Origin: Lingula anatina
Lineage: Eukaryota > Animalia > Brachiopoda
Direction of reading: 5' to 3'
NCBI GenBank assembly: GCA_051362555.1
Contig: CM120640.1
Span: 19,034,001-19,098,000 of the forward strand
Length of the DNA stretch: 64,000 bases
Below are positions 57,119 through 64,000 of the stretch, in pieces; the stretch's first letter is position 1, and each line of letters starts with the position of its first letter. The position numbers were made by a program, and so were the translations under genes. Below the pieces are notes generated by a model. It worked only from the letters and a program-made list of their open reading frames with translations, did not search any database and was not told the origin of the DNA.

Positions 57119-60100
57119 TCACATTTTCCACTTAACCCAATTTTCCATTTTGGTAGCAACTGGCAAGTTCTTTTTCTGTTCCATATTTTGAGTGACATTT
57201 TTTCCAGTCTTTCCCCGACTCTTCCTTTTTCTCTTTCTTTTTCTCCTGCCCTGTGTACTGCCTTTCCTTCGCTTTCTTGGACCTTTGTTAGAGCCATCTA
57301 CTAAGCGTCTTTTCACACCACTTGCTGATTTACGAAACTGGTTATTGTAATCTATTAGAGTACTGGACTGATGACTGATCTTTTTGAAACTTTTGATGGG
57401 AGAGTTTTCAATTTCTTCAAAGTTGAAAGAAGACTTTTCAGTCTTATCTGGCTTTTCTCTTAAATAATGTTTTAAAGGAATATTTTCAATTATTTCACAG
57501 TCAGAGCTATCCGTTGCAGTGTCAGATGATCCAGTGTTTTCACTATCATCCTCTTCCTCACTTACTGCCAGTTCATCCTCCTCCTCATCCTCTTCCTCAC
57601 TTTCTGCCAGTGCATCCTCATCCTCATTTACGGCAAGTGCATTTTCCTCCTCACCCTCATTATCCATGTTCTTAACTCTGTCAGTGTCATTGTTTTTTTC
57701 ACAAACCGTTTTAGTTGCAGCATTTGCTTGCAGTTTAAGGCTTTTACCATTGGCACTGAAATATGGGCACAGCTAATAAGGAAATGGAACATTCCCATAA
57801 ATGAGCAAGAAGTTGCAACTACTTCATATAAATAAATAAATAAATAAATCATGCATGTAATTTCCATAATGATTTTTAGTAATGACTTAACTCAAGTATC
57901 ACAAAATCAATATAAAGTAGGACAGACCACAGATGAGGAAAATGTCAACTCACTCACTAGGACTGTCTTTTTTTCACACTAGACAAGGATTTTGTCTCCA
58001 CAAAGTCATCTGCAAACCAAACAGAAAAAGTAATGATATAAAGGTTGAATAACACAAACATATAAATAATAATATGACATGAACATGGGAATAAAATGAA
58101 TTGTCTATAAAAAAAGCGGCAATGAGAACAAAAATAATGAATTGTCTATAAAGAAAAGGGCAATGAGAACAAAAAAAGTCACAACTTAATATAAACCCTG
58201 ATTCCTCAAACCAATGAAAAAAGTCCCAAAATTTACCAGTAAAGAAAACCCACCACTATCATTTTTGTCTGTACTAAGCCACTGCCCTGTGCTTTGTCCA
58301 CTGTGTCCTATGCCTTCTTCACCTTTAACCTCTTGGTGCTTCTTTTTTCTTTGCTGTGCCAATCTGGGCGAGGCCTGCCTAGTCACTCTGGGTTCTGGCT
58401 GCACCTGCTGCCCTCTCTCCTGTTCATCTAAACAGAGACCTACATGTTCTTCAAACCTGGACTGGGGCACCTTTGCATTGCATATTATGCAAGCCTGTGT
58501 GGGCTCTCTGAAAGGTACAGAGAAAAAGACTAATAAAATAGCTGCATAGAGAGTTCATCTTTATGATCAAGTGCAAAGTTTTGGTACAAGACAATGAAGT
58601 CAAATGTCAGCTGATGTAGCCAACACGGAGAAAAGAAGTGGCAGTATGCCACACTGTCAGACTTGAATGAAAAAGACATCTAAACACTAAATACCTCTTC
58701 TGTGTTTTCCTCTCACTAAATTGTTCTTTCTTTTTATTCTTTCTTGGTTTGATTGCTCTGTCATCTATGGAATCATCACTGCTGCTAAGATCATCCCTTT
58801 AAAACAAATCACCAAAATAAAATAACAGCTTAGTGTCAACATATTTCCCTTTGCCATTCAACTATTCTGCAAAAAATCAATTCCAGATACGTATAACACA
58901 CAAATATAGGTTTGGCCACACTTTTTTAATTTTATGGATGACATCCTGCGCGCGCACGGATTTTCGCCCGTTCTCCAAAAAAAAAAAAAAAAAAAAAAGC
59001 CCCCCCCCAGCCCCCAACGAAGTCGGTTGTCGCAAACGTTGTTATTGAATTTGCAAGGAAATGAGCTTTCTGCGCATGCGTATTTTCGCCACGTGGAAAT
59101 GCGGCCACTTTGCTGTCAAATTCATCTCTGGGTTACTTTCAAATTGCACAACAATAAAAGTCATCAAGAGAACGGGCGCCATCGTTTTGGATTGGTATGC
59201 CATTGATATTGGGCATGGAGATATCACCTTTTTACAATTGTGCGAAAGGCTGGCGGCGGCCGAAACATTTCTGTGACATTCTGTATAAAGCAGCACATTA
59301 ATACCAGGTTTTCTGTAGCGAAAAAAGGGTCGACAAGGGCGTCGAGGTATTTGGTGGGCTGAAGGTCGGACAGGCCACCTGACAGTTTAGCTGCTTCGTG
59401 TGAGTTGAAGTTGACAAAATGGCATCGTCTGAAATGACCTTTAATAGATTTGGTAGTATTAAGCATATCTTTGCATCATTTTTTAAACATTTCTGTGAAG
59501 TGTTCAAAATGTTTTAATATTCTGAGAATACAAATAAAGACGCACTGTTTGATTGATATTTGTTTTATTGATTGCTATACCAAATGAATGCATGAAATAA
59601 CCTTAATAGATTTGGTAATATGAAGTATATCAATTCATCATTTTTTAAACATTTCTACGAAGTATTCACAATGCTTTAATATTTTGAGAGCATGGATAAA
59701 GACATATTATTAGTTTGATACGTGTTTCTGTGGTTAAATTTGTGTTTCCAGCTGTGTACTGACAGCATTCCTTTACTTAAGCAGTTTTTTTTTTTTTTTT
59801 GGACTGTTTTTTTTTTTTTTTCGCCCTCTCGCACCGATTTTGGGGTACCTAGAGGATGTCATCCATAAAAATAAAAAAGTATGGCCTTTTATAAAAAAAA
59901 TAAACTTACTTTATCATTCTTTTTGCTTCTTTGCCATCAGCCCAATCACTTTCTGATCCAGAATCTGCAAAACGAAAAAAAATATTACTTTAATAAATAC
60001 AATCCTAATAAAGATAAGTCAAAACTTTTACAAATATAACCAGAAAGCCAAATTAAACAAAATAATTCAAATGACCCTACAGATTCATCCACTTAAATGA

Positions 60101-63100
60101 CAATCTTATACCATATGTGAGCTTACATTACAAAAAAAAATCCTGCTCAACTAACAAGCAGATCAATAACATTCATAAAAACACAATCAGCAACTTACCT
60201 TGACAAATGAAGTCTTGTTCAACATTGTTACTTCTTGTTGGAGGATTGTCCACTGTTTTTCTTTCAAATGTCTTCACAACTGGTTTAACACGCAACTGTT
60301 CACTAGATATTAATAAAATTATTTTTGATTAATTATCAGAGACTATGGATTTGGATATTGAGGATGAAATATGTCATAAGGTAAATCCAAAACATAACGT
60401 TACACAAATTATTCACTTTTGAACTTTAATGGCTTACATACCTGACTACATGGACCCCCCTGTCTTCTTCAATGTCTAAATTCAAAAAATGAGAAATTAA
60501 AAAAAAAATTAGTAATTTTTTGTTCAAGTTTTAAAAAAACATCAAAAACCAATGTGCTCTTTCAAAACAGAAATACCTTTTCATACTCACTATCATGCGA
60601 TATTTTCATAGTGCTGACCTTCTTATACTAAATTTGCTAGTTACAAGTCTTGCTTGATGAATATCGACGAAGCATTTTCATCAAATAGTTTCATAAATGT
60701 CCTCAAAAGGCTTAATATTAATGCCAATGAATGATGAAAAAAAAAGATATAGACAGAACAAAAAATCCTCTTCACTCTGAAAATCAACAGTTTTCATTCT
60801 GATGTCACCCACCTTCTGAAGCTCCATCAAGGCACCTATCCACATGTTCTTCAATCCTAGTCTTGGGGAAGTACACACCACATACTGGGCACTGGAATGT
60901 TCTATCCTGGTCCTGGAAAAGAAATCAAAAGTTTCTTTTGGTTTAATTTATGTTTGTGGTTAATGCAATATTAAATGGACAATTTAAGTTAATATATTCC
61001 TCTTGGTGAAACCTACTACTGAAATCAATTATTATAAGCACATGCTTACTAGTACTAATAAGATCCAAGGATACAAAATAAATGTTAAAAATCTGTTTTG
61101 CTCATTACCTCTGAAACTTCCCTTTTATCGTCTTGAGAAAGTTGCCTATCATCTTGGGAATGAAAGTCACTGGATTTTGGCTTGTATTTTGCTTTATCTC
61201 CCTTAACTTTCACATCATTTTCTCCAGAGGTCTCTCCCTAGACAAATTTCAAAACAATTCAGAAGCAGACTACATAAAATGAACAAAATAAATCCATTTT
61301 GCAAACTTAAAAAAAAATGATAATTGGAAAATGGCCTTTTTGGATAGCACATGTGTTATGCATGACTACAACCTTAGAGCTAAATCTCAAGAATTTAAAC
61401 TTCACTAAAATTAACTTGGCACATTAAATTTTTTCCATTTCCAAACAATTGGAAATCCACTGACAGTCGAAAGAAATACTCATCTTTGTACAACATAATT
61501 TGGTTTTAAACAAGAAAATGACACAATGTCCCTTCTCCAAGTTTCTCTTTTGGAGATACTAACATTACAAACTTAATCACTTATTTTATCGTAATTTATG
61601 TAATTCTTAAAATACCCTGAAATCAAACTGTACATATTACATCTGTCATCAGAGATGTACTGATGCTTTAGTCAACTAAATACTTCCATCACTTTGAAAG
61701 AAATTCACAGTACTCACTTTGCATTGCTGTTTTGACAAAGACTTTTCCTCTATCAGTTTTTCATCTTCTCTAATTTCATTTTTAGAGACATTTTTTGCAG
61801 TCCTCTTTGCTAATGGCACATCTAAATCTTCAGACTTCAAGGCTGATGTCCTCCTTCTGGTGATGCCAGCATCAACATCATTTTCATTAAAACTATCAAA
61901 CAATGCTGGGAAATGCTTGGAGATAGAAACTCCAAGGCTGAAATCTCTGCTGTCACCTGAAAAGATGGGTGAAGCTGATCCTGTTTGCTCTGACTTTTGT
62001 GTGGATGTAACAACTAACTGCTTAGCACCAGCAAAGTAGTCATCATAATTCTCATCATAATCATCATCGACATCAAGTGTTTCACCAGGTTGGACATAAG
62101 TCATCATGTCAACAGATTTTTCTGTTTCTATTAGCTTTGGTTTTTTGGCAATGTTAGAGTTTTCAACTTCTATAACTGATTCTGATACAGTCTCTTCAAT
62201 CAATTCAATCTTTGTCTTTCTAGTGGATAATTTTGATCTTGACAGTCTTAAGGGTTTGTTATTTTCGTTTTTCTGAGAAATACATTTCTTTGAAATTGTC
62301 CTTCCTTCTTCTTGAACTGTGACTGGGATGTCATTTGAGTTTTCAAAATCTTCAAACCCCAACTGCCTGTACATGTTATCTTCATGACTGATATCTGCAG
62401 GAGGAACTGGATTATCCTGACTAGATGAATTTGATTGAAATCCTTGAGCACTGTCATCAGTTATTAACTCTGGAAGATCCTCTTCAGCATCTATTCTTAT
62501 CTTTGGTTTTCTAGATTTTCTTCCAAGACTCCTGAATCTATATTCACTGTCCATGTCACCACTTGTCTCATCAGGGAATACATATTTCTCATCATATGTC
62601 CATTTACTACTACTTGTTGCAGTTGATGAGGGTTCATTTTGTCTACCACGCAGCCTGGATGTTTGTTTTAACTGTGACGAGTCAACCTGGACATTTGGAT
62701 TAATGCTACGGAGCTTTTGAACCTTTTGAGGTTCTTCCACTTCAGTTTCATCCTCCACATCTTGCACATCTTTTTCCTCTTCAAGTCCAAAATTCAAATT
62801 TTTTTCACCTCCACGCTTATACAGTCCCACTGTATTCTCCATATGTCTACCTACTTCAACAGGCTTGCCCCAAGACAACTGTTCAGTCAAGTTGTGCTGG
62901 GATTCTCGCAACAGTACTCTATATTGATCAAACAACTGCACGATGACTTTTGTATAAGTAAAGGGATCTACACCTACTGGTGCAAAATAGGATGGCCCTT
63001 TATACAGAAGCTGAAAAAGAATCCAATATTTCAGTAACAGCATTTTAGCTTTTTTTTTCTTTTATCACCTTACTTTTACAAGCATTTAACAAATATAACT

Positions 63101-64000
63101 AAGCATTTAGAAAAACTTAGACACTTATTCAATATTCATTTAACTATTACCAGTAACTGAACTCTGAAAAATTATTATTCATAAAAACGTAACTTACCTT
63201 TCTTTTGAGACTTCTGAAATATGATGAAAAATAGTATTAATTTTCTGTTTCCCTTTTTTCACAATGTTTCAGTCTTACATACCTTTAAAGCAAATATATT
63301 TTGAACTTGACAATTTTAAAAGAGAATTCATAAAGAAATTATACTAAACATCTCTTACTTTTGATTTACTAATTTCACAGTCACAGGGGAAGGTGTTGGG
63401 GTTTCCTGACTTTCACTTGGACTGTATGTTCCACTAGATACCTATAAGAAAATAATAAAATGACACATTTAAGACATGCTGATGAATCAAAATTTTAAGA
63501 TATACATTGCACAACTTGTCTTAATTTTTTTCTTTCAAAACTTTGCATCATTTTGAAAGTAAAAAGTTTGATAATTATCTTATGCAGCCTACCTCAGATG
63601 AGTGAGGCCTAAAGCTAAAGGTCTCCTCTCCTCGACAAATCTTTGCAGCTTTCTGCTGATCAGAATCATCTGATTTCCTCTTTCTTGGCTGCGCCTTAGT
63701 ATCACCATCTTCCTTGGGACACACTTGACTATATAAGAAACATAAATATTTGTTATCACTTATTTTCATGAAAATATACTCTATCACATTATTACCATGT
63801 TAGTTATTGAATTAAATTTTGCACCTCTTCTGTAATCTTATTGCAGAAATTCCATCAATATATCAAACGGTTTCAGACATTTTTTTTCATTCTTCTATCT
63901 TTGTTTATCTACAGTCTCCTTGTTTTCATCAAGATCTAATATGGCCCCCAAACCTGTTATATTCCTGTGTCTCAGATGTATTTACATTCTCCACAGTTCC
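57119..64000 (-). CDS. UIMC1: BRCA1-A complex subunit RAP80-like, 3' part (multi-exon, approximate: ~63726-63591, ~63441-63355, 63010-61718, ~61236-61109, 60912-60813, small exons 60475-58694, ~58507-58320, ~58009-57958, 57772-57119); the 5' end lies outside the window
   Basis: YFAPVGVDPFTYTKVIVQLFDQYRVLLRESQHNL..WGKPV resembles the RAP80 Abraxas-interacting region ([33 protein letters not shown]..FGEPV). Two UBZ-type fingers are present (CPVCGVYFPKTRIEEHVDRCL; CIICNAKVPQSRFEEHVGLCL). C-terminal IENSPIKSFKKIS...LIDYNNQF resembles RAP80 ISESPIKSFVSIS...LVDFKKQ. Reference sequences are from memory and internal exon boundaries are approximate. Confidence 0.8.
58914..59886. mobile_element. Non-autonomous DNA element in a UIMC1 intron
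   Basis: TIR GGCCACACTTTTTTAATTTATGGATGACATCCT / AGGATGTCATCCATAAAAATAAAAAAGTATGGCC; internal ~160-bp imperfect tandem duplication (59430-59720). Confidence 0.75.

Noticed and set aside
57519-62039. Plus-strand ORFs (57519-57776, 58214-58549, 61719-62039)
   Set aside because: They are antisense shadows of low-complexity UIMC1 exons

Overview
AT-rich, intron-rich animal genomic DNA, probably from an invertebrate; the taxon cannot be fixed from sequence alone. Left to right: (1) the 3' exons of SNX27 (+). (2) Two tandem RIG-I-like receptor (RLR) genes (-), produced by a segmental duplication (unit A ~4330-17895, unit B ~17896-49330) that also left a pseudogenised 3' fragment of V-ATPase subunit B. 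(3) The intact 14-exon V-ATPase B gene (-). (4) The 3' part of a RAP80/UIMC1 orthologue (-). RLR-A is a canonical 2CARD-helicase-CTD protein (~1030 aa by my exon assembly). RLR-B is the unusual one. It appears to encode four CARDs, because a duplicated former first exon gained an in-frame splice acceptor. It has Asn at the position equivalent to RIG-I H830, the cap-1 discrimination residue. It carries a recent in-frame 1254-bp internal duplication of Hel2/pincer/CTD with a templated inverted junction. One intron is expanded to 11.4 kb by nested transposons (Penelope, RTE-like, CACTA-like, Ginger-like, ISL2EU), and a 3.1-kb foldback element separates its proximal NF-kB site from an ISRE-like site. 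Both RLRs carry a MAVS-like PVQES TRAF motif in the CARD-helicase linker. All exon structures were assembled by eye from GT-AG sites and reading frame, without RNA data or database searches.
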